Assembly (NCBI GenBank): GCA_002269645.1 | Contig: NIVC01001907.1 | Coordinates: forward strand, 158,931-222,930 | Length of the DNA: 64,000 nucleotides | Direction of reading: 5' to 3' | DNA from: Macrostomum lignano | Taxonomy: Eukaryota | Shown: positions 48,501 to 59,854 of the stretch, piece by piece | How the letters are laid out: every line of letters begins with the position of its first letter | How positions within the stretch are numbered: the stretch's first letter is position 1 | The notes under the pieces: model-generated | What the model was told of the DNA's origin: nothing | Seen by the model: only the letters and a program-made list of their open reading frames with translations | Database searches by the model: none | Translations under genes and position numbers: made by a program

Positions 48501-49847
48501 GAGCCGTGAGGAGACCGAACACTTTGAGCTGGCTCCTGTACACAAATAGAAACGATATAAATATATTGTATTCAAAAGAGATTCCTACATGGACAATGGT
48601 ATTAAAGGTCAGCATCCAGCGCTAAGGGATCTTACATAGTCCATTTCTCGTCGTCTCCTAAATCCGCCGGCTGGACCTGATCAAGGCACTGCACAGCAAA
48701 ATTGATTAATTCGCTGCTTCGTTTAATAATTCTCTGATGCTCGGTGATGTCGCTTAGCGACAGCTCAGTCTGCGGCATCGGCGGCAGGCCCAGCAGGCAG
48801 TCGGCCACGGCCTGGGCGGAGTTCGCCAGCGCTGCTGCGTCGCCGGCAGCGGCCGAGGATGTCCGATCGGAGCCAATAAAAAACCTGACCCCCTCCTCAG
48901 CATCATCTTCGGTCTTGACCTGGGGCACCTGTCGCTGCTGGCAGCGGTCAGTCAGCAAGCCGCCCAGATGCTCAATCAGCTCATCCTGACTGGTGAAACA
49001 GGGCGATCTGGGCGCCGAATCGAGCGGAGCCATGGACAGCGAGGATTCACGTCGAGACACTGGATTGGAAGCCAAGGACTGTTGCTGCTGTTGCTGGTTC
49101 AGCGACTGCTGGCGCATCAGCTCGCGAAGGCTTCGCTGGACTAGCATAGCGCTGCGCGACGATTCCCGACGATGCAACGAGCTTGAGATGGAGCCGTTGC
49201 TGACGTCGGCAAGTCCGCCGCTGCCGCCGCTGAGTCGGTCAGCGGGTGCCTGACTTCGACGGCTCCGACAGCTGCTTCCAGAGCTTTGCCGCCGCTGCTG
49301 CTGCTGCTGCGATGATGACTGCGGCAGAGAGTCGCTGGACTCGAAGTGGCGATTGATAATGGAGCGAAACAGGCGGCTGTCGTAGGGGCAGCGGGCTGGG
49401 GGCCTGTTCAAAGTAAATACTGCCTCTTGAAGAGATGGACGACAGATGGAAGTCCAATTGGGAGATCAATGATGACGCTTTGTTTCTTAGAAAATCTTTA
49501 TGAAGGCTAGCTTCACTAAGCCATCAACTTCTCCAATGGCGCAATATTGCTTCTCTCAAGTTAATCAAATTTAACAAGAAACCCATATACCACATTAGCA
49601 AACATTTGCTTTCTATCTGCTTCCAATTTAAAAAAATGCACATGTAGACAGCATTCAAAGATTTTTATAAGAAGAAAAGTACACTATCTCTTAGGAAATA
49701 GGTGAACAAATTACTTAAGTTGGATAAACTTTCTTCTTTCTCAAGAAAGACAAAGTACCTATCTTATAGAAATGAGAATTTTGTTAGAGAACAATAAATA
49801 TACTTACCTGGTCGCAATGAAATCTTGATAACCTTTCTTGGCTGCAT
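42522..49847 (-). CDS. Treslin/TICRR (Sld3)-like replication initiation factor, partial; 5' exons not identified
   Basis: In-phase exons 49847-49808, 49403-48636, 48535-48439, 44172-43734 and 43159-42522. FTSQDELIEHL, MSQLKVFGLL and VSSFLSERL resemble the recalled Treslin STD (FQTEEELLSYI, CQLQVFLRLE, LAEFLEEIL). Paired CDK sites VLETP...IVIGESP resemble Treslin T969/S1001. The 3' end could continue via a GTCAGC donor at 42533. Confidence 0.65.
44230..45140. repeat. Minisatellite/microsatellite (GACCTAGATTGACCTGAT)n
   Basis: 18-28-bp variant units within an intron of the Treslin-like gene. Confidence 0.95.
45860..46510. repeat. CT-rich then GA-rich low-complexity tract
   Basis: Polypyrimidine stretch 45860-46320 and polypurine stretch 46380-46510. 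Confidence 0.85.
46533..47389 (-). mobile_element. Mariner/Tc1 internal-deletion derivative with inverted ends of about 220 bp
   Basis: TA/C(A)AGGGGCGTCCGGAAAGTAG...CTACTTTCCGGACGCCCCTCG/TA with TA TSDs at 46531-32 and 47390-91. 46533-46755 is the near reverse complement of 47170-47389. Minus-strand ATG at 47012 gives MDVHSKTGQRHAIFTLWSSGTKSADIHRQLCTAHGDHAVSK, a mariner N-terminal HTH. Confidence 0.9.
47595..48145 (-). repeat. 21-22-bp array (GCGACTTACCTAATCCTTTTT)n; reads AAGGATTAG/GTAAGTCGC on the gene's sense strand
   Basis: About 24 units in the 4.3-kb intron of the Treslin-like gene. Confidence 0.95.
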
Positions 49848-52800
49848 CTAAAATTTGATTTAAAAACAAGTTAAGAGTTAGAAGAAATCTTAGCAAATAT
49901 TTCACAAAAATAGTTCTTTTATGCTTTGTCCTATGGGATTGCATTTTATAGAAGTAAACATTCCTGGCTTGGTTAAAAATGTCTACAATAAGGATACAAA
50001 TAGGCAACCATAGGTAGGAAAGTGGGACAGTATGCACTAGAAGAAATTTTGAAAGACAATATATACACAATCTATATGCAATTTATATACTGTTTCTATA
50101 CCCACTCAATATACTAAAACTGACATGTTTCTATGTGTATGTGTGTGTATTTTTGTATGTTTGATAATTCCCACTAGACTATTTGTGATTCAATGTTGAA
50201 ACTTATATGAGAAAACTGCAAATTTCACCTATAAAACTATAAAAAACTAGAGAATTATGCTAATTTGCTAATTAGCTAATTAGATTAGCAAATAATAAGT
50301 TCTATAAAATTACCTAGAATATTATAAACTATATCTTCTCTCTCTTCTTTCTTCTTTTATATCTAAAACTGAGTGGACTAATCATTCGATTGATCAATCA
50401 ATAGGCCAATTTTAATGTGTTAATCTTTCCCTAGATAGCTGGCAACTCAAATGCAAAACAATGTATATAAATATATAGATATTTGTATAAATGTATAAAT
50501 AATATATAGGTCTTGTTCTTGATCTTGAAGATCTTAAAGACTCATTAGAGTCTTATATTGGAAGTTCTTATATTGGGTGTCACATTATTATCCACTTTAA
50601 TATTGGACACTAACATTGTTTATAGTGTTTAAACAAAAGTAGGCATTCAATAATATGTTAAATTTGTTCCCAATTATTTATTCTATCATTTACTAAGTTT
50701 AAAGTTACTTCAAAGTTATTTATTCAATATAAATAATTAAATGTACAAAACTACAAGATTACCCTACCCCTAGGCCATAGTCCAGAAGGCAACATATATG
50801 CTAAGATTTCCTAGCATACAATGAGGCTAATTGCCATTTTTAGCATACATTAGCATATATTCTAGTATATATGACCCAGACTCCAGATGGTATATTGTAC
50901 GCCAGAAATTCCGCTTGGTCCACTTGGAAATTCTGGCGTATAGAGGAACCTAGAGTACACCATGGGCATACAGCTTGGTGTACAAAGGGGTCTGGTGTGC
51001 CCTCAGTCTTGGCATACAGCTTAGCATATAGAGATTGCCGAGACAGCAGGTAGTACCAATAGTTCCAAGTCCCAATCAATCTACACAATTTAAGTTGTTT
51101 TCTTTTCTTTAAATATCAACTTGCATAGTATTGGTATATGTATTATGCCTGCATTTAGACTTAACATTTTTGGGTAAAAAATGGTACCAAAAATATGAAC
51201 CTGGCATTCAAATCAAATGATTTATGTAGGCTTATGAGGTGACAAAGAACAATGAAATTATACAAAAATATGTATCATTGCAACGCGTATGCAAGAAAAA
51301 AGGAATTTTCTAAAACTTTTCAATAAAAGCTAAATAAAATGCAATTTTCCAATACCTATGGGAATTCTAATGTGTTACCTGGCTTCCAAATTAGATGCTT
51401 ACTGTATGCTTATTAAGCAACAAATACCAATGAAATTACATTGTCAATAATAACAAGTGATAAACAAATAAACCCTTGAAAAGAATATTAAATGTTGTAG
51501 CATTATAGAATCTACTATTATAAGATACTTGAAGTTAATAAATATATTATTAGATTTTCTATCATTTTTATTAGAGACATATTAGTCGTAATTTAATTTA
51601 CCATTTTAACAAATAATTTTATTAAAAATAAATCTATATGTGAAATAATTATGCTTTTATAAATGTTTCTAAATTTAAAAAATTCAAAAAATTTAATTTT
51701 ATACTTTTATTGCTTTCAAATTGCTAATAAAGGGTTTTCATAAAACTTGCACCTGATTTTTGGTTTTTGCCTTTTTTAAATCAATTTTAGCAAATAAAAA
51801 GTATTTAAAGTATTATTTTATAATTGTCTTTTCTTGGTACACATTAGAGAAGTGTAAATTTTTAAGTTTGCTAGGGGCCAGGGTCAAGATCATGTACTAG
51901 TGTATGCTGGAATGAAAATTGCTTCTTTAGCTCATAAGCTCATGTATGCTAATATGTGCCAATAGACTTTATTACATACAAAATATTCCAAAATAAATAT
52001 TATAAGTGGAAGTGCTTATCCCCATGGTCCCATGCCAATAATTCAAATTTTACCCACACGGATCCATGTCAATAATTTTTAGCTTATTTCGATGGCTAAG
52101 ATTGTGCAGTTGTTTATGTTTAGTTTTGTGTACTGACATTAAATCAATATTGTTATTATTATTAGTACTATTATCATTCTTATTATATATTGAAAGTTAG
52201 ATTTTGCAAGTCTCATTTACTTTGATCTTTGGGTCATTTGGTTGTTTTAATTAAAGCTAGCAGCCATGCAAATATTTAAAATTAACCCTTTTAATGACAA
52301 AAAGTTTTAACAAAGTACTTGATACTATTCAATATATATGTAGTTTATTTGGAAGATTTGTAAAACAATAAAAACAAAAAGACAGTTTTTGAACAGATTC
52401 ATTTTAAGGTTCTTTATTCTAATTAGCTGCTATGGGGATTAGCTGGAAATTATTGACACAGATCTATATGGATAAAATTGGAATTATTGACACGGCCTAT
52501 AGACTTGAATGGTGGCAGCTATTTCAATAAGCTACCATGGGGATAAGCTGGAAATTATTGACATGGATCCATGTGGATAAAATTGGAATTATTGCAATTG
52601 GCATGGGACTGTGGGGAGAAGCACTTCCATTACAAATTATGACCACACGGACATACCAGGTAGATTAAATTGGAAATTATTGCCATGCATTTATGTGGAT
52701 GTTGATAGGCTTTATTTCAATTTTCTGAAAAGAACCATAGGAACTGGAACCTATCAATGAGCAATTTATAGCTTTTAACTTGAAAATTTAAACCTACTCT

Positions 52801-54479
52801 ACTGTACTGGTTCTCTTAATGCCTAGAGCCTGGTTAAGCTTAGGCCTAGTCATATAAATTTAGACAAAAAACAGTAGACAGTTGCTATTTTGAATTTGAA
52901 TGGATTATATTTGCACTTACCTATGTTAAAAGAAAATCTGCATACATCTTGATGGTGCATTTTATAAATCCTAATAAAATGATAGCATTCAATGGACACA
53001 AGCTTAACTGACTGCTGAAGCTGTAGGAATAATCGTCCTGACCCAACACTCAGCGCATATACTATACCCTGTATTGAAGCTGTATTACTATGAGAATTTA
53101 TCGTCTCTGCCCCTCAGCGCATAACGCTAGCTAGACTTCATGACAAAAAATCTGTTGTTGAGAAGCAAATTTAAATGCAAATATACCAGTTAAAACAAAA
53201 TCTTATACAAACATTTCTACTAATGAATCGTAAAGTAGTTATTGAAATTAAAATTTATTGACAATTTTGCAGAAGTATTAAAATATTAAGTAAAAAATCA
53301 TAATTTTTGCCGAACTTGGGAGGTTTATTTAGCTCCAAGTATTATACAATCAAAAATTCCACTGCACGTCCTTCGCTCCGCCGTTCCTTAGTTTCCACTT
53401 TACACCCAGTGGCGCACCCAGAAATTTATTAAGGGGTTGGCCTGGACGGTTTGATGCTGAAAAAATAAACAAGAAAAGTTGAAAGTTGACTACGGCCCAC
53501 GTACCCCACATATTTGTGTGACCGCGGTGATGATTGCTTCAGGGCGACAAAATAGCGCCTAGATCTGTCTGCGACACTAAACAATTGCTATTCAAGTGAC
53601 AACACTGCGATTCTGAAAAAGTGTACATGTAAATTATATGCAAGAATTTATAGTAATTTACATGTGTACATGTACATGTAGATCATTTTTGGCTAACCTT
53701 ATGCAATTTGTGGCACGTCCCCCCCATCACTAATAAACCCATGCATGTCGACGCCCTGACCCACCCGTCGGATTGGCACCAGCTCCTTCCAGAGAGTCGC
53801 TGCCATAAGTCTGAACTGCAGTCACAGCTGCATGTACAGTAGCGCGCTCGCAGCTGCTTGAAAGCATGGCTGAAACATTAAATTTCCATGCAGTAGTTTC
53901 TTGTAATTGGCGTTGCTGCCGCAATATTTGGCCCTGTGACGCTGCATGTCATCCTGTACACCTTGGAGAAGAAACAACAATTTCAAGCGTTGAAGCCATG
54001 ACAATGCCTCAATTTCAAGCCAGAGCTTCAGAGTGATCGGGCTGACTTAAACAACAATTAAAAGCCTTTCACATTTTCAGCCAGTAAGGCGTTGAGACAA
54101 TGCCACAGGGCGCGGTGCCTCAGAGTGCCGCAAGAGTAATTAGGAGTTGCTATAGACCACATGCGGCCCACGAAGCCTCTCTATCCGGCCCTCGGGTACT
54201 TTATTGAAACTCCACAATAGCAATTCGCTCGCTCAAGGTTTGACGTGTCTCTTCTTAGCTCTTCTCTGATCCATCTCATCAGCTTCTTTCTTTTCTCTCT
54301 CTTCACAATTCTCTGCTTTAATTTCATTTCCCATCTTACTTATCCTCTTACATGTTGTATTGTCTTCTCTCATTTCTGTACCCTCACCTCTCTTCTCTAT
54401 CGCCTCTCCCCACCGCTTTTCTCTCTCACCTCGCCCCCTTTTCCGTTCTATAGTCTCCTCTTTTTTTCTCCCGCCTCAC

Positions 54480-54900
54480 TAGCCTCACTAGCCTTCGTTT
54501 TTTATCTAGCATCTCCACTCTTCCCTAGCCTCCCCTCTTCTCTAGAGTCTCCCTCTTCTCTAGCGTCTCCCTCTTCTCTAGCCTTCCACTCTTCTCTAGC
54601 GTCTCCCTCTTCTCTAGCCTTCCACTCTTCTCTAGCGTCTCCCTCTTCTCTAGCGTCTCCCTCTTATCTAGCCTTCCACTCTTCTCTAGCCTTCCACTCT
54701 TCTCTAGCGTCTCCCTCTTCTCTAGCGTCTCCCTCTTCTCTAGCCTTCCACTCTTCTCTAGCGTCTCCCTCTTCTCTAGCCTCCTCCTCTTCTCTAGCGT
54801 CTCCCTCTTCTCTAGCGTCTCCCTCTTCTCTAGCCTCCTCCTCTTCTCTAGCGTCTCCCTCTTCTCTAGCGTCTCCCTCGAGCTCCTCTCCAGCCGCTCC
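54480..54900. repeat. 18-bp CT-rich repeat (TCTTCTCTAGCGTCTCCC / CCTTCCAC variants)
   Basis: Direct reading. Confidence 0.9.
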
Positions 54901-55485
54901 CCTCTCCTTTCCTCTCTCACCTGTCTTAATCTAACCCTTGAGGTAAAAAAGGTTTGCCGACCGCTGCTACAGGCGCTTCCCCTAGCTCACAACTTGAACA
55001 AATTTATCCTGCTGTCAAATTGCCAGCTAGTGAAAGCGACACATTAAAAGTTGATTCACACTGCCATCAAATCACACGACTAAATGTAGAAATAAATCTT
55101 GAACTTCAATTTAGAAATTCTGCGAAATCACACAAAATCTGACCTGACTGCATCTGATGGCATGGCGGTGGAAGCGAGCCTTGCTTGTTTGGGATAAATA
55201 AACAAAAGCAAATCACTTGCCGATTATACAGCAACAACTGATTTTTATTAGCGGCAAAACAGCAGACAAACAAAATTTTATAAATATAGATCATAGTAAA
55301 ATAACTTTATATTTTAATAAACCGATAAGCATGACAAATACAATAATATTCATGGACGCTTAATAGCAGAAATAATAACATAAATCTACTAGCGACGAAT
55401 ATGGTCAATAAATGTCTAGCTAGCTTGCAATTTCTAACTGCTAATTTCAAAGACACAATTGCACATCCTATCATTAAAAATCCAA

Positions 55486-55827
55486 TCAATCAGCTAGCTT
55501 GAGAAAGACCCTCAGGACTCCCTGCTCAACCTCATAGTAGCTGGGCGGGGAGCCAAGCCACGCGCCGAGCAGCTCGGAGGGATCAGCGCGTAGCTGGTAC
55601 TCAATCACGTGACCTTTCGTCTGGCCTTTGATTGACACGCTGCCAAAGTGAGCTGAGCCAGGCGCGATTGACACATTCAGGGTTGAATTGCTAGTCTTCT
55701 TGGCATTTTTGCTGCCATCTAGCAGGCCCTTCTTCAGACCTGGCAGGTCAAAGGAGACCCGAATGAAGCCTGGCTTAGCCTTGTCATTCACCGAGTAGGT
55801 GGCATCACCACCAGCTCTGGTTGCCAT
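55486..55827 (-). CDS. 113-aa HSP20/alpha-crystallin- or CS(p23)-like beta-sandwich protein
   Basis: Intronless GC-richer island in AT-rich DNA; good ATG context (TCC ATG G). FIRVSFDLPG...LNVSI...VSIKG...YEVEQGVLRVFLKL resembles the DLPG and NGVLxVxLxK strands of the ACD fold. Confidence 0.55.
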   Translation of the reverse strand: MATRAGGDATYSVNDKAKPGFIRVSFDLPGLKKGLLDGSKNAKKTSNSTLNVSIAPGSAHFGSVSIKGQTKGHVIEYQLRADPSELLGAWLGSPPSYYEVEQGVLRVFLKLAD

Positions 55828-56812
55828 GGAGATGACTGGGCTCTGTCTGGTTGGCTGGACAGTTGGTTGTTACATGAATATAAACAAGACATTGAAATGC
55901 ATTAAAAAGTTGTTATGCACTGGCACATAATAGTGTACTTTAAATGTGTGTAGAAGTATAAATCTGGAAGCATAGCAATAGCCCTTCATTCAAACAAATT
56001 TTAGTAATGGACTCGTTTTATATACTAAGTTGCAAGGCTATGCTTACAGTAAAATGTTAAAACCAAAATCACAATTACCAAATTAAATATGGCTTTCAGG
56101 TCTAAGCAGGCTTCTAATATATGTAATTGCATTGCAAAGTTAGGCTCCTATTTATTTGCAAAACTACTTTTAATAAAATTTACTTCTAGCTATATATAAT
56201 AATTAATATTGACAAGTAAAAGGACTTTCACTACACTAGTCTACTCAAAGTAAAAGAGCTAGATTTTTAAGCATTCAATAGCCAATATAATCATTATGAC
56301 TAGTACTAGCATTTTATATTTATTAGAACATAGTCATAAGCATACAAGGTAATATATATCTAATATAGGAGAAACTATTTCATTGCATTAAAATCAATCA
56401 AAATACAAACATTTCTACTCTACTTTAGGGACTTGCAGTAGGGGCCTCATCTTTCATGGCCTATTTATAGCGCTTGTGCCTACTGTCAGTAGTAGTACTT
56501 TATAGATTATTATGCTATGCTTCTTAGACTTAGGCTAATCCCATTTGAGATTGGTCCTAGCTAGCTTCAAATGTGAAAATTTATATTTTAGCTTGGAGGC
56601 TATATATTAAAAAATTATATAGTTTAGTATAAATAACAGTGTTTATTTAGCCCATATAGCTATACTAGTAAAAATAATGGCACTGGCTAGAGTTCTGGCA
56701 CTAGAACTCATTTTCTAATAGCTATAGATCTGGCAAGGCTATTATAATATTAGGAACATTCTTCAATATTGTTTTTCTACTATAGTCTAGATCATCATGC
56801 TTGGGCGCAACG

Positions 56813-56952
56813 TTGGGATTCACCCGGCCATTTCTATTGGCAACACACACATGTAAGTTGCTATTGGACGGAATAGTAGTCACGTGACTGCTCTCAGCCA
56901 ATAGCGACTTACATGTGTATGTTGCCAATAGAAATGGCCGGGTGATTCCCAA
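56813..56952. mobile_element. 140-bp palindromic MITE-like element
   Basis: TTGGGATTCACCCGGCCATTTCTATTGGCAACA... and its reverse complement form arms of about 55 bp; central GTCACGTGAC; no convincing TSD. Confidence 0.6.
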
Positions 56953-58461
56953 ATTTGCACATGTATGTAGATCATGTTATTGAGTCTTCAACATTTTTTA
57001 AAACTATTGTAGCATGCAAATAATAAATATACTAAGTAAATAACTTTTTTTGGCACAATAAAATTTACTTGTTATTTTGCAATAAAAATAAGTATGAATT
57101 CTTGTCTTCATTTCACAATACAAAGTCTTTTCATGAACTTTTGTCTTAAAAAATATGCCTCACTATTATTATGCCTGCTATTTCTATGCCATAGCATGCC
57201 AACATGCCACTTTTGGCATACAATACCCAAATATATGCCAATGCATGCTACAATTTTAGGCTAAACTAAATGCATGCCAGAATTTTTCAGCATGATCTAT
57301 GCCTTCTGGAGTATAGTTTTTCTATAAGTAGCAGAAATTGAGACTTTGTTCTAGATAAGATTTAAGACTAGATGATGAGTCTCAAGATTTGAAAGGAGAT
57401 ACTTTTAATGTTGAATTTTAAATAGATATAAGCCATATTCTTATTAGGCCTAGTCTTTTTAATCTTTTAAAATATTTTTTAAGTTCTATATAGCACTGCC
57501 AGATCCATAGCCATTAGAACTTAGAAAATGAGTTGTGTTGTGGTGCCAAAACTCTAGCTAGCCAGCTGGGCCTATTGCCCATAAAATTTTTCTACTATTT
57601 AGCTAGCACTAGCTTGCCTTTAGTCAAATAAGCTTGTTACTATATAGCTAGTAGTCCTGCCTTATTGCCATTCAAATATGCTTAAATTATAAAATTCAAA
57701 ATTTACATTTATAGTAAGCCTAGGGCTGGCCTAGTAAGAGAGTCGAGACTATCTTTATCTTATGGCCATGATATACTAAGCATAAAAATGAACATATATA
57801 GAAAGTGACATCTAACATAGGCTATTTTAAAATTTTCTAAATCCAAGTCTTTCTATCCAAAGTGCAAAAATTGCTTAAAATGTGAATTTTTTTTACTAAA
57901 TCCTCCATGGCACAGGTCTAGCATTGCTCTAAAGTTTTGAACAAATTATCTGTATTTGCTAGGCCTAATATATGGTACCCGGTAAAATGTGGAATCCACA
58001 GGGGAATCAGAATGGAATAGCATAGTAAAACGTAGAATTAGCAGCAGAATGGTAAAATACAAAATCAAATATGGAATCCACTTCATACTCAGGAAGGTGG
58101 CCTGCACGCGGGAATTTTCCCGCGTGCACAAGCCACGCTAAAATTTTGGTGTGCAAAGTTGGCGTGCAAATAGGGGTCTCAAGCCACGCCTAAATTTTCA
58201 GCGTATAAGTTTTTTACTTGGCGTGTAACCTTGGCGTGCAAATACAAACTGACAGTATATCAACAAGTCAAATATAGATGTATACACTATATATATACAA
58301 TATATAAAGTTAAACGTGAACAATTGAATTTGAATATTCATTAAACCAACTAGTTGAGGCTACAGCCTAGCCTACAGTCCAACGCATTTGTTTCCCCATT
58401 GATATTCGCATTGATATTCGAATTTTAACAAAAGCAAAATACTAAAAGCAACCCGTAGCAT

Positions 58462-59854
58462 GAAACTTTACACAGAGTAAACTGCAACCGCGAAACGACT
58501 ATTGGTCAAGTTTCAGCTCGATATGTAACTTTGGCTCTGAGCAGGAGCGATTTTCGATGTGTTCCATTTAAAATACATGTGATTCCAAAATTCGTATTGA
58601 TATTCGAGTACAGGTACTTCTGCTTCACTGATCTTGACGAAACTTTACACAGAGTAAACTGCAACCGTGAAACGACTATTGGTCAAGTTTCAGCTCGATA
58701 TGTAACTTTGGCTCTGAGCAGGAGCGATTTTCGATGTGTTCCATTTAAAATACATGTGATTCCAAAATTCGTATTGATATTCGAGTACAGGTACTTCTGC
58801 TTCACTGATCTTGACGAAACTTTACACAGAGTAAACTGCAACCGTGAAACGACTATTGGTCAAGTTTCAGCTCGATATGTAACTTTGGCTCTGAGCAGGA
58901 GCGATTTTCGATGTGTTCCATTTAAAATACATGTGATTCCAAAATTAATATTGATATTCGAGTACAGGTACTTCTGCTTCACTGATCTTGACGAAACTTT
59001 ACACAGAGTAAACTGCAATTGTGAAACGACTATTGGTCAAGTTTCAGCTCGATATGTAACTTTGGCTCTGAGCAGGAGCGATTTTCGATGTGTTCCATTT
59101 AAAATACATGTGATTCCAAAATTCGTATTGATATTCGAGTACAGGTACTTCTGCTTCACTGATCTTGACGAAACTTTACACAGAGTAAACTGCAACCGTG
59201 AAACGACTATTGGTCAAGTTTCAGCTCGATATGTAACTTTGGCTCTGAGCAGGAGCGATTTTCGATGTGTTCCATTTAAAATACATGTGATTCCGAAATT
59301 CATATTGATATTCGAGTACAGGTACTTCTGCTTCACTGATCTTGACGAAACTTTACACAGAGTAAACTGCAACCGTGAAACGACTATTGGTCAAGTTTCA
59401 GCTCGATATGTAACTTTGGCTCTGAGCAGGAGCGATTTTCGATGTGTTCCATTTAAAATACATGTGATTCCAAAATTCATATTGATATTCGAGTACAGGT
59501 ACTTCTGCTTCACTGATCTTGACGAAAATTTACACAGAGTAAACTGCAACCGTGAAACGACTATTGGTCAAGTTTCAGCTCGATATGTAACTTTGGCTCT
59601 GAGCAGGAGCGATTTTCGATGTGTTCTATTTAAATTACATGTGATTCCAAAATTCATATTGATATTCGAGTACAGGTACTTCTGCTTCACTGATCTTGAC
59701 GAAACTTTACACAGAGTAAACTGCAACCGTGAAACGACTATTGGTCAAGTTTCAGCTCGATATGTAACTTTGGCTCTGAGCAGGAGCGATTTTCGATGTG
59801 TTCCATTTAAAATACATGTGATTCCAAAATTCATATTGATATTCGAGTACAGGT
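58462..59854 (+). repeat. 183-bp satellite, about 7.6 units, forward orientation
   Basis: Highly homogeneous unit (GAAACTTTACACAGAGTAAACTGCAACCGTG...); appears as a 61-aa repeat in the ORF track. Confidence 0.98.

Noticed and set aside
50898-50940. 15-bp imperfect inverted repeat with 13-nt spacer
   Set aside because: Isolated, no TSD or partner; not distinguishable from decayed repeat debris.
53730-54130. Moderately GC-rich patch with short ORFs, considered as a missing Treslin exon or TE remnant
   Set aside because: Stops in all frames, no matching splice phases and no recognisable motif.
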